This document shows, one piece after another, positions 40,901-52,977 of a stretch of DNA of 64,000 bases. Each line of letters starts with the position of its first letter. The stretch's first letter is position 1. The notes below the pieces were generated by a model that worked only from the letters and a program-made list of their open reading frames with translations, had not been told where the DNA came from and searched no databases. The stretch is from Podarcis vaucheri (taxonomy: Eukaryota), in assembly GCA_965113315.1 (NCBI GenBank), contig OZ220368.1; one strand, given 5' to 3'. Both the position numbers and the translations under genes were made by a program.

Positions 40901-43900
40901 CTGAGGTAGCCAGACCAGTGGTCCCTTGAATTATACCAGCAAGTGGACCCCCTCAGTCTACACCGTTTTATCAAGGGATAGAAAACACTGCTGCATCATT
41001 TTAGAACAAGTGAAATCATAGAATCTTAGAATTGGAAGGGACCTTGAGGGTCATTTTGTTGAACTCCTTGCAAGGCAGGAATCTCAACTAAAGCATCCAT
41101 GACAGATGGCCATCCAACTCCTGCTTAAAACTTCCAAGGAAGGTTTTTGAAACATTCCTATTTCCCAGCCCCGCAAAAAATAGCTTGGCACCTAATTTTA
41201 AAGTTTGACTCTACTAATTAATCCACTGAAGGTTTAGTTGACGAATCTAACAGTTGAAAGCTTACCTCCTTTGAACCATATTAATACTTTTTGTAGTTCT
41301 GCTTATTTTCTTACTTTCCAAACTAGTATGCCTTTTGCAAGAGAATCACTCTTTATAAAACTTCATGACTCTTGCTTTTGTGTTATGAACATGCTGCTTA
41401 GCCTTCCTTCAAAACGTTAACCCTTACAGGCTGCAGTCCACAAACTAAACCAACCTTTTTAGGCATATGCAGCGATGTAAAGCTAGTCTTTTTCCCCCCT
41501 TCTTTTTCTTTTTTTAACTAACATTCCTGAGCATTAGCCTACCTCATACCACAGGGAATTTTAAAAGAAGCCTGTGAAAGCAACTGTCTAAGATTGAAAA
41601 TTCAAGGCCTTACTCCATGCATGGCATCCCTCCACGGTTTTCTGGATCAAGGTTGATTTGATCCTGAATTTTGCTTAAAATGGACACAGTGCTAACAGTC
41701 TCATAATGGTGTATTGCATTGCAATCCACTTTGTGCAGCACTGTGTTTTGAATAACTTTTTGGTGTTTGTTCTTTAGTTCTGTACTTTTGGCTAACCAAC
41801 TCCCAGTGTTTCGAGATACACTCCTTAGAGAGAGGCTGTGTCAACAAACTGATTAAGTGAAAACATTCCAGCAGATATTTAAACATACTTTATGGCTTCA
41901 AAACCCAAGGATCGTTTTCATTGAGAATTTGTTGGCAGTTTCAATAGAAAATAGTTCTGAGGAAGAGTTTGTGGTTTTTCCTTTGCTAATTTTCCTTTGC
42001 TTTATGCTTCTTGTTTCTGTGTTTCATCGTGAAACACATTGCCCATTACAATGCAGGGCACTCTGTCTTTACTTTTCTGTACTTAAAAATTTAAAATACA
42101 AATGTAAGGAATAGTTTTTTAAAAAATGTATTGTAATATGTGCACGTCAGGGAGCCACGATTGGCCATTGCTGCTATGTCTTCCCACCACTGTCTTGCAG
42201 CCTAACACCAGCTGATAGAGTTCTAGGGGGAAAACAAACACATGGCCAAGCAGATATCTCAAGCTTAATGTAGAGTTGTTCATCCATGCTTGCTTGCTGG
42301 TTCTTACCATTGCCCACTCCCACCCTTGTACCCTGTGGAGCACAGCAGCCACACTTTTGAAGTGATCCTGCTTTCAAATGAAAACTGTTAGCCCACGTTG
42401 CCAAATTAACTCCCAGAAATTTGCATGTAATTCAGCTGGTGATGCCCCCCCTCCACCTCAAGCAGATCTGACAGAGTGAAAGACAAGGGGGTATTGAGGG
42501 GCTGGAGAGATGCCAGTTGTTTTAAAAGAAACCTGTTTGGTTGGGTTTTAGAGTTTAGGGTTTTAGAGGAGTAATGCCAACCTTCTATCAGATTTTAGAG
42601 GAGTAATGCCAACCTTCTATCAGATAAGTAATATGAGGAATCAAGCTATTATTCTCAGCACTACTTGTAGTGGTAGATGAAGTCTCTCTGTATTCCCACA
42701 TAGCCAGGGGTGAAAATGTCTAAGGTCTAAGTCATAGCAACTCTTTCCAAGTGGTAGAGCTGGTGAAACTAGCATGGAGGAAATTTATGATACTTTGGGC
42801 TGCTTCCAATGTTTCTTTTTATCTTTTAGGATCTTTCTGTATCCCCATCCAACCACTATTTCTTTTGGAGCTACTTCACACAGTGTGTGATAGCTGCAGG
42901 ACACCTTAAAAACTGTTGCTAAGAGCTCTTTCCACACAGTAGTAAAGTGGAAGCTTAAAAGGTCCTCTCCCCTCCTCGCTCCCTTCCTGCCTGGTATACA
43001 CCATAGAAAAAAGTTGATGAGTATCTCTGCTCTCTGTATGTTTCTACACACAATGAAAACAAAACTTTTTTAAAATAGCATCTACCCACCCTTTACCCAG
43101 TGCCTGCTTCTGCTGTAAGATATTATGTGACCTTCAGTTCTGCTGCTTGAAATACAGACAGACTAAACACATAAGTCAGTTGCTAAGTTAATCTAGGAAG
43201 AAAGATATGGCTCACTGGTGATATGTTGCGAATCCCTGTATCGGAAATGCCTATTTCAGGTTTTTCTGTAGAGACATGACAAGTACCTGAGAATTTGAGC
43301 ATTTCAGGTTTGGATTTAGTGTTATTGCAGAAAAGTGTCATCCCCTGCTGCCAGTACAACCCAGCAGACTTTTAAGTGGGGATGAGTTTGGCCTGTGCCA
43401 TTTCTGTACCTCAAGCAACATTAATCATCATTTCCCTCTTCTGACCACAGGAGAGGTCACTGACCCTAGTGCAGGTTACTCTGGGGATTTCTCCTCCTTG
43501 TTGCTTTTACTAACACCCCAAGTGGTGTATACAAATAAGACATGCATCTAAACTGACATAAAAACAAAGCTAGCTTCTTTGTGAAGAAGTCTGGAATATA
43601 TTGTCTTGCTTGTGAGGCAGTCAGAAAGTGCTGGGTGATAAATGCAGACATGGGTAATGTGTGTAGCACAACGGGTTGGCTTTCTAGATTAAAATGTAAT
43701 AGAAGTTTTGTGTGAATAAATGAAACAAAACAAAACCCATGTGCCCTGAGGGAAGGTGGAAATGAGGAAGCCCAGGCGAGGAAGAGTATAACCACCAAGA
43801 CCTAAGAGAACTTTTGGGGCAGCCCCACTCCAGCCTTCCCTGGGGCTTTTTAAGAAAGACCTATATCCTCTCAGGGAAGTCAGAGGCAAGGAAGCTGAGA

Positions 43901-46900
43901 ATATTTTGTACCATTTCCTGTTCTAATGTGCTAAATTATATTGTGTGTCTTGGCAGAAAGGCATTATAAAAATGAAAGAAGTAAATGGAGTAAATGAAAG
44001 GATGGATTGTTGAATTTGCTGAATTGACTAATTTTAGCATTCATGATGCCCCATTTGTAGATTTTGAATCCATATGGCATTTGAATGAGCACATGTTTCT
44101 CTCTCCCACCCCACCCCTTTTTTTTAAAGGTGGGAGGAAGAGCGCTATCCTGAAGGTATTAAGTGGAAATTCTTGGAACACAAAGGCCCTGTGTTTGCAC
44201 CACCATATGAACCTGTGCCTGAAAATGTCAAATTCTACTATGATGGTAAGCTACTAAAGGCTGGTGTTTGGTGGAGAAATAGGTGTCTTTATAATGAGCA
44301 TTCATAAGGCAGAAAAAGCCCATACTGGGAGACCTTGTAGGGAGGGTCATCCCATGCTGGTAAAATGTGGCTGATGGTTTATATATTCTCTGGAGGTGGT
44401 TGGAATTTCATCTGCACAACCATGCAACCAGTACTGGATTCTGGAGTCTGTTGAGTACAGGTCTGTCCATCTCCCTTTCCTCCTCCTCCATTCAAGGCTT
44501 GTGATGTGACAATCCTTAACCCTCTTGTCCCCCTGTGTGGACAGTGAATTGTGACTGGTGCAGAGACAGGATAGTGTTCCCTTGTGCTCCCTGATGTCTG
44601 CACAGAAGTGCTGGATCATTTCCAAAGCTGTGAATACAGTGTCATTTAGAAATGTTAAAGTATTAGTAGCAGGAAGGAAAGAAAGATACATAATTGCATA
44701 GGAAGACACTTGTGAAGTATCCAGTCATATTAAATGAGGTTTGTTTTGAGAAAGTGGAATGTATTTCAGTGGTGGGTTCTCACAGCAAAAGTTGTTCAGA
44801 GATAATGATTTTTCCCCTTTCATTTTTTTTAATGACAGTGAGTGCTGTCTGGTAATAATATTTTCCTTTAAAGTGGTTTTATTTCTCAAGTCTGACCCAG
44901 TACCGTTGTTTTTGGCAGCGGGATTCCTCATGTGCAGCTGATGTGCATTCATTGCCTACATGCATCTTTCCAGTTAGAATGCAAGGCATGTTCTCATTGA
45001 GGACCACTTCTAGTTCTGTATTGCTAAAGCTGGTTGAGGGTCCTTTGCTTCCAGAGCAAGGTATTGCCACTTAACATACTGTCCCTGCCCAATGACCAAA
45101 GGTCAATTCAAAGATTATCCATATCTTCTTCCCGCCCTATCCCTGTTGAATTTCCTGGTTCTGACTCATCTGTAATGACTGTTGGAACCTTTCCAGTGTT
45201 TGAGAGATTAAATTTACTGAAAAGGAGGTTGACATGACTATTTATGCTGGCTCCGGAGATTGCTGCCATCATTAGAAACTACTTTTTCAAGTTCCTTTAA
45301 AATATGAAATGTGAGAGGGATTAATTGGCCCATGTGAGTTAGTTGAAAGCTTATGGCATCTATGCCCAAGTAATCTCCCCAAGCAAGTTTGTGAGCAATT
45401 TAAATTAACTTGATATTTATATTTTCAGGGGAATAAACACCTCTGGTCCTATCACAGTGAAATCAGTTGAATGCAGTTTGACCAAGCTGCCACTAATGTA
45501 TAAAATCCCCAAATGGTTTATATTCAGCCTAACTACCAAATCATCCTAGAAACTGTCTTAATAGCACATGAACACACAATGTAGTTACTGGTCTCATTCA
45601 GAAATTACGTTAACCTTGTTTTAGCATTATGAGACCACAGGCATTGGACTCTACATTTCATTCTCCATTTTCTACCTCCTTCGTGCTCAAAGATAGATAG
45701 AAGCAGGGACCCAGTCCCTTTCTGATCGTACTTCTGAGTATTTGAAAGGACAAACCTCAGATTGTACCTCTATGCCCTTGTGAGTTTGATATCCCTATCA
45801 GAGCACAAAATGTCAAGTGAACATCATTCCTATGTTCCTAATCTTCCAAAATAGATGTTACAAAATAGATCAGATGGCCATAAATCTTTTACAACATTCA
45901 GAAGTACTCTTCTTAGCAGTTTTCTGTAGTACTTTTCTATAGTTTACTTCCTTTAAGCTAGATGGAAAATTCTTCCCCCCCCCCCACCCAGGGCACACCC
46001 TATGCATCATGAAGACTCCATATTTCCTTCTCTGTCTGCCTTAACTATACCAGTACAAGTAGTGGCTGGATTGGATTTCACAGGAATCCATTATTCTGAA
46101 ACGATGCCAACTCTTTAGGCTGCTGGCAAGTGAAATATTTGTTCCTGTTTGGTATTGCTGTGGAATGCTGGCAACCACCTTCTCTGGGTGCACTGAAGAC
46201 TGGTGTGACGTTAACACTGTCTGGGCCTACATTAGTCACATTGGTTAGAAAGGGGGAGATGTTGGGTCTGCAGTGCATTGATGCAGCAATTGCTTCCCCC
46301 TTGAGCTGTGGGAAAAATCTGCCTTTCTGTGCAGCTAGTTATTTCATGCTGAGCCTCTATTACAATTCTTCAGTCAAGGGGAAAGAGGACAGTCACGAAT
46401 CACTGGTATATCAAGCAGGCAGCCTTTTAACAACAACTTTTTAAGCCAGTGGAGTTAGAAATACCAGTGTCCTCTCACACAGCACAAAATCAGCCCAATA
46501 TGGAGGACCCTTGTGCCATTTACATGATCCTCAAGAACAGGATAAAGAGGAAGACAGTCTGATCATGGGCATGTCAGCTATGAGATGAGAGCCTGATGCC
46601 TTTATCCCTTGCTTCATGCATATAATGGGGTCGGCCCCACTAGGACTAATGGCAAGCCAATGTTGTTATGTGGGAGCATACAGCTGAACTACTATGATGC
46701 ATGGGAATCCTTTGATTGCTTCACCTCTTGTAGACTAATAGGATTGAACTCGCTGTAGTCAGAGAAGAGTCTCACTGTACATCCACAGGGGAAGAGTTAA
46801 GAGATTCCATCATCCTGTATTCTAATTCCAAATCAGTTATCTGAATGCTGTTGCAAATTATCTGGAAATAGCGAAAGCCACAGACAGGAGGATGCCGTTG

Positions 46901-49900
46901 GCAAACTCGGGGTACCCTTGAGCTTTGCAGAAGTGCAAGAAGACTTGGACAGAGGAACTAAGAAGGAATAACTCCACCCCTCTCCAATAATACCAAACAA
47001 TCCCTGAATGTACTCAATGCCTGCAGTCTGACAGTTGAGTGGGAATGGGATGGTGTGACTGGGTAAAGAGGATGGTGGAAAAGACTCAGAGAAATGAAAA
47101 GAAAGGTGTTTTGTTTTTTTAAGTATCCCCAGAGAAGGAAGTGAGAGCTAATAGAACTCAATGGATAAATTGAAAACATTAATGCCATACTTCGTTGGAG
47201 ATTGCACTTCTTCCTAAGGACAGAGCTGGAGGACATTCCTGAGTGGAATAGCTCCCCCTACTGGATTAGACAGGCAGTGTCTTCAAGGCCTTTCACCTCA
47301 TCTCCAGGAGAAATTTTCCCTCCTTCCAGTCTGGCTCTGCTTGTGGTCTGAGATGGCTGGTTTTCTTAACTTAGCCTTGTCCTCTTCAGTGTGCTCTTTC
47401 TACTGTTGGCCTCTTCCCTTGGTTGTTTTGGGAGCTAATTCCTCCTCTCCTTGTTTGTATGTTGGTCATTTCGCATATTAACACGGTTCCAGAGTCTCCC
47501 TTTTTAAAGGTGCAAAAATTCCTGTGCTCTTCCTCTTTGAAAGCGAAACAGAAACCCAAAATTGGAGAACCTGACTTCATTCGCTTCTGAAAAACTTAGA
47601 ATCAGACCCAACACTATTTTCATGCTAACTGATGTAAAGTTGCTGGGTTAGGCTAGTGAATGTAAAGTAAATTTGTACTGCCCATAGTAAAAATTGGAGC
47701 CCAGTGTGTGACTTTGGTTACAGCCCTCCTCCTCCTGACCCCTGGCTTCCCCTGAAACACAAGGATGTTCAATAACTTGTTCGCAGGGTCATTATTTTGG
47801 CTGTGCATTGTATATTCACAGAGGGCCAACGCTGGGGAGGGATGTTCCTGGATCCCTTCTCTCTGAGGTAAGAGGAGTAGGCTGGTTGAGGGGTTGAGCG
47901 TCTGTAGGATGCCACCTCGTTTTTTCCTGTTTCCTCATGGATTGCCTTCTCTGTTGTAGGTAAAGTTATGAAGCTCAGTCCCAAAGCAGAAGAAGTAGCA
48001 ACGTTCTTTGCAAAAATGCTTGATCACGAATACACTACAAAGGACATCTTCAGGAAAAACTTCTTCAAAGACTGGAGAAAGGTATGGTCAAGGTTATGGA
48101 AGGGTGGGAGTATTTGGTTCCTTAGGTAGCTAAGGTAGGCATGCAGTTTGCCACTTGCCTGGACACCTGCTAAATTGTTGCTTTTACAGTAGTAGCAGAT
48201 GGCTCATTGCTTCTTTGCTTCCTCGTTGAACACTTGGGGTTCTGTGCTTGAGGAAGGGCAGGAAATTTGCTTCTGTTTGCCTTCGTCGTTTTCCAACAGC
48301 CAGTCACTGTTACTGCATGTGCAACTTTGAGTGAGTGAGTGAGAATATGAAATGTTCTGGGGAGGAATAGAACAGATTTTCTACATTTTGTTTGGCTGAG
48401 AAAAGAGAGAAACTTCTACAACAGGAAGGAGAAGAGAAAGAAGCGAAGAAAGCAGATTCCTACTTGTGCTATAAGGGGGCAAGAGGAGAGTCGAGAGGAA
48501 ATCTAAGCCAGAGACGTGAAGTCAACCCTCCTCCATTTGGCAAATAGAGAATTTCCTTGTAGTGGTTAAGCAGGAGGGTTGATTTGTTCATGAGTGAGGT
48601 TTACATTCAGCTTTTGTATTTTGGGGTATTTAGAATGCACAGATAAGTTGCTTATTCAAAGAAATTTTGTGCCCCACAGTTTGTAGTCAGTGTTGTCTAG
48701 TAAGTAAATTAGGTTTTTAAATAAATCTATATTTTGCAAGTAAAATTATATTATGCTTGTGTATGCTCATGGTTGCCAAGATTTAAGCAGTTGGAACTTA
48801 AATAATGCCTTAGACTAGAGGCATCTTGTCTGGTATCCATTGTTGTACCTGTATCCTAAAGTTGAGAACTACAAGAGCTGTCAGTCATGCTAAGAAGAGA
48901 TAGCTACTTTTGCCTGGTGATAGAAGTGCTGCCTAATGCTTTGGTTAAGTTGAAATGGCTTGATTATTACTATTTTTTTACTATCTGAAACAGTGAAATG
49001 TGCCTGTGTTTATCACAGGCATGCTCTACTTAAACTCTATGGACCAGGAACCTTTTATTAAAAGCTTTCCTGACTAGAATCAATCTGCCAAATGATGAAG
49101 TATATTAAATAGGCTGTCACAGGTGACCCAGGATTGGCAGGCTGGCTGCGTTCTCTTCTGTTCATGTAACATGGAACAAGTATGATCAAAATAATGTATA
49201 ATAGCTAGTGTAGTATCATTGGATGACATCGGACCATTTTTTCAACCATCTTTCATGGTTGGTGTGAATATGAAATGGTTGAAGAGAAGTACCATATTCT
49301 ACCCTTAGCTGCTTGGAGGAAATCATTTCTCAGCCTAGATACCTCACAGCATTGTTCACATAAACTGAGAGAGCTTCCTATATTTCACTCTGGACTGCTA
49401 GGAGATAGGGATACTTTTGTAATAAACAATGCCTGCTGGAGCATTGTTCAAGTGCAATATTTGGCACCCTGAGAGTCTTAAAAGGTAAAGGTACCCCTGC
49501 CCATATGGGCCAGTCATGTCCGACTCTAGGGTTGTGCGCCCATCTCACTTAAGAGGCCGGGGGCCAGCGCTGTCCGCAGACACTTCCGGGTCACGTGGCC
49601 AGCGTGACAAGCTGCATCTGGCGAGCCAGCGCAGCACACGGAAACGCCATTTACCTTCCTGCTAGTAAGCGGTCCCTATTTATCTACTTGCACCCGGGGG
49701 TGCTTTCGAACTGCTAGCTTGGCAGGCGCTGGGACCGAGCAATGGGAGCGCACCCCACTGCAGGGATTCGAACTGCCGACCTGACAATCGGCAAGTCCTA
49801 GGCGCTGAGGTTTTACCCACAGCACTTAGCATTCTTTAAAAAAGCTTTAATATCAAATCCATCCTGGGCAGTGCCTGGTGAAAAATTTTATAATTAGAGG

Positions 49901-52900
49901 AAAGCTAAGAAGGGCTTCCCAAGTCTAGGTGTGTGACTGCACAGCAATCTGGAATTCTTCCTTGCCTCCCTCTCTCCATTTGTTTCTGCGCTCCCCATTC
50001 TGAAGGGGGTTTAAAATCAGGATTTCAAGCTCCCCTGGAAAAAACATGAAATTATAGGAATATACTTGACATATAGTCCCTGACTTCAGAGACTTCTTTG
50101 GTGTAGAATGTTGATAAGGTTTCATCTCTCAGCATTTGAGTATGGTTTGATGAAGGATGCCTTCTTTCTTAATTAGATGTTAATAACTCTCAAAGATGAA
50201 ACCATGATGTTCTTCCATTCTGCATTTGGCCTTTTATAGGTTTATAGCTCTTGTTGTAACTTCACTGATCTTATATATGATAGCAGCATCCAAACTGACT
50301 TTACTGAAAACAAGGTGGAGTGCAGTTTCCTTTTTAAGCGTTTTACAGATTCTGATTTCTTTTTTGCAGGAAATGACCCATGAAGAAAAGAGTACCATCA
50401 CCAGCCTCAGCAAGTGTGACTTTAACCATATGAGTCAGTATTTCAAAGCGCAGTCAGAAGCCAGAAAACAGATGACCAAGGAGGAAAAACAGGTAACTTG
50501 ATTTAGAATTTGTTGTTGTTGTTTCAAGGTGCAAACAAAGGGTACAATCTAATATGATGGGTGCTAAATGGTGAATTAAGGAAGGGATTAAAGGCTGGCC
50601 CAGATATAAGACTTCAGATAAATGAGAAGTGTCGTTGAGATGGGCTAGTCATGGTGGAAGGATGGGATCTTGAAATGCTGGGGATATTTCAAGTTGTTTC
50701 TAAACTGTGTTGAGTAGGCCTGTGACTATTAACACTCTCAAGATCACAACCTCTTTCTTTCACTGTGCTTTGCTGTACTTGTAAAATGCCTCTTGCAGCA
50801 CAACCTGGATGGAGCTAATGAATTTCTTGTAACTCTGACTCTGAATAATTTATAGTGTGGTTTGGAGTGTGTTGTAATTTTTTCCTTTTTTGTGGGTGTT
50901 TTGTTTTCCCCTAGAAAATTAAAGAGGAGAACGAGCGGTTATTAAAAGAATATGGCTATTGTATCATGGATAACCATAAGGAAAGAATTGCCAACTTTAA
51001 GATTGAGCCTCCGGGTCTCTTCAGAGGGCGTGGAAACCATCCCAAAATGGGCATGCTGAAGAGGCGGATAATGCCAGAAGACATCATCATCAATTGTAGC
51101 AAGTGAGCATGGAAGATTTCACACACTAGTTAGGAGTGACAGCATAGCAGCTGTGTTCAGGCTTTTCGCTCCGGATAACCTTTCTGCCAAGTAGAATCTG
51201 TTGTTTCTTTGTAGGGTCTCCGTTAACATAAGTGCAGCCTAAGAGTTGAAGTCCAGTACATACCACGTTAAGTGCCACTTGTGAACTTTTCACCATAGTT
51301 CACAAACAACTGTCAAATCATTAGTTAGTTTCTTTAAAAAAAAGGATTGTGAACTGGCAAAACTCAAATGTTTATTAATTTTTAAATATTAGTAGATGGT
51401 GGTGGTTGCATTTCCACCCTCCTTTTTCCTTCGGGAAGCTCAAAGTAGCTTACTTTGAGATAAACGGGCATTCTACTGTTCAGCCTAAGACTTGGTTAGC
51501 TTTAACAAATCACTCGCCTTGTGTCACTTCAGACCAGTTTCCTAGCTCACAGACACCATCGTATCTCTTTAACTTTAATAGATTGTGGAGGGTATAGCCC
51601 CATCACAGCTTGGTCCCTGGTATACTGTAATAAGATGGGATCTCTCTTACCCAATGTTTACCGTGTCAGACATGTTGAAAAAAATCTGCAGTTCAAGACA
51701 TGGTAGCTTATATTTTAAGGCAAAAGAGCAATTTGCCCAGTTTCAGAAGACCTTAGAATATTGATAGCCTGGTCTGCCTAAGGAGCAAAGTATTATATTC
51801 AGTAAGCAAGCTTTGGGGAAGGCGGGACTGGATGGTGAGAGCTGATGGAGTGAGGTAAGATTTCAGCGGCTTAGGCAGTTTGGTATTTCTGCAAAAGTGA
51901 TTTGTAGAAACATGAGTGCAGGGTAAAGGTTGCAGAGGGAAAGACTTCTTAACATACCTCAACAGGGCTGTTTCAAAACCTTACAGTGTCTAAATTGCTT
52001 AGTAGCTTTTAACATGGCAGTAAGCTTAAAATTGTAGTTTTTATTTGTAAGAATAGCATAGGCCTTGTTTGCTTTCAAACCTTTAAGAATCTTAAAGCAA
52101 ATATATATAAGGATCGATGCAAACATTTACACACTTGGTTTTTCTGATTGCCGGGCTTGAGGCCTATAAATATCTGGCAAATCTAGACAGTTCGTATTGT
52201 GACTTTCATTTCAATTAATGGTGCCAGCTTCGATTATCTGAATTAAACTGAATAAATTATTTCCTGGTTGTATTTTTCTGTTATTCACAGATTGTAGTCT
52301 TTTCAGTTTTGAAATCATTGTTGTGTTCTTGTCCCCACCCCACCCCACCCCTTGTACAGAGATTCAAAAGTTCCTCCCCCTCCCCCTGGACATAAATGGA
52401 AAGAAGTCCGGCATGATAACAAGGTGACCTGGTTGGTGTCATGGACAGAGAACATCCAAGGATCTATTAAGTACATCATGTTGAATCCCAGTTCTAGAAT
52501 CAAGGTGATAGTTTGTCTGAAAACTTGCAAGCTACTTCTGACATGCCCAATGCTCTGTATCATAGGAATCAGCCTTGTACTGCTCCATCTAGTTTGGCAG
52601 CGTCTACACTGACTGCAAGCAGCTCTCCAGGATTTCAGACGGGAGTCTTTCCCAGCCCTTCCTGGAGATGCTGGAATTGAACCAGGGACTACTGAACTAC
52701 TGAACAGAGCCAGTGTGGTGTAGTGGTTAAGAGCGGTAGATTCGTAATCTGAGGAACTGGGTTCGCTTCCCCACTCCTCCACATGCAGCTGCTGGGTGAC
52801 CTTGGGCCAGTCACACAAGTCTCTCAGCCCCTCACCTCACAGAGTGTTTGTTGTGGGGGAGGAAGGGAAAGGAGAATGTTAGCTACTTTGAGACTCCTTC

Positions 52901-52928
52901 GGGTAGTGATAAAGCAGGATATCAAGTC

Positions 52929-52977
<49 letters not shown>

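Noticed and set aside
46740-46970. Coding-looking stretch in intron 9
   Set aside because: The frames I translated on both strands close within ~45 codons and resemble nothing I recognise.
52707-52780. tRNA gene
   Set aside because: tRNA-like head of a SINE; it continues into SINE body and tail and has no proper acceptor stem.
52315-52818. 167-aa minus-strand ORF, the longest in the track
   Set aside because: Antisense read-through of two SINEs and exon 13.
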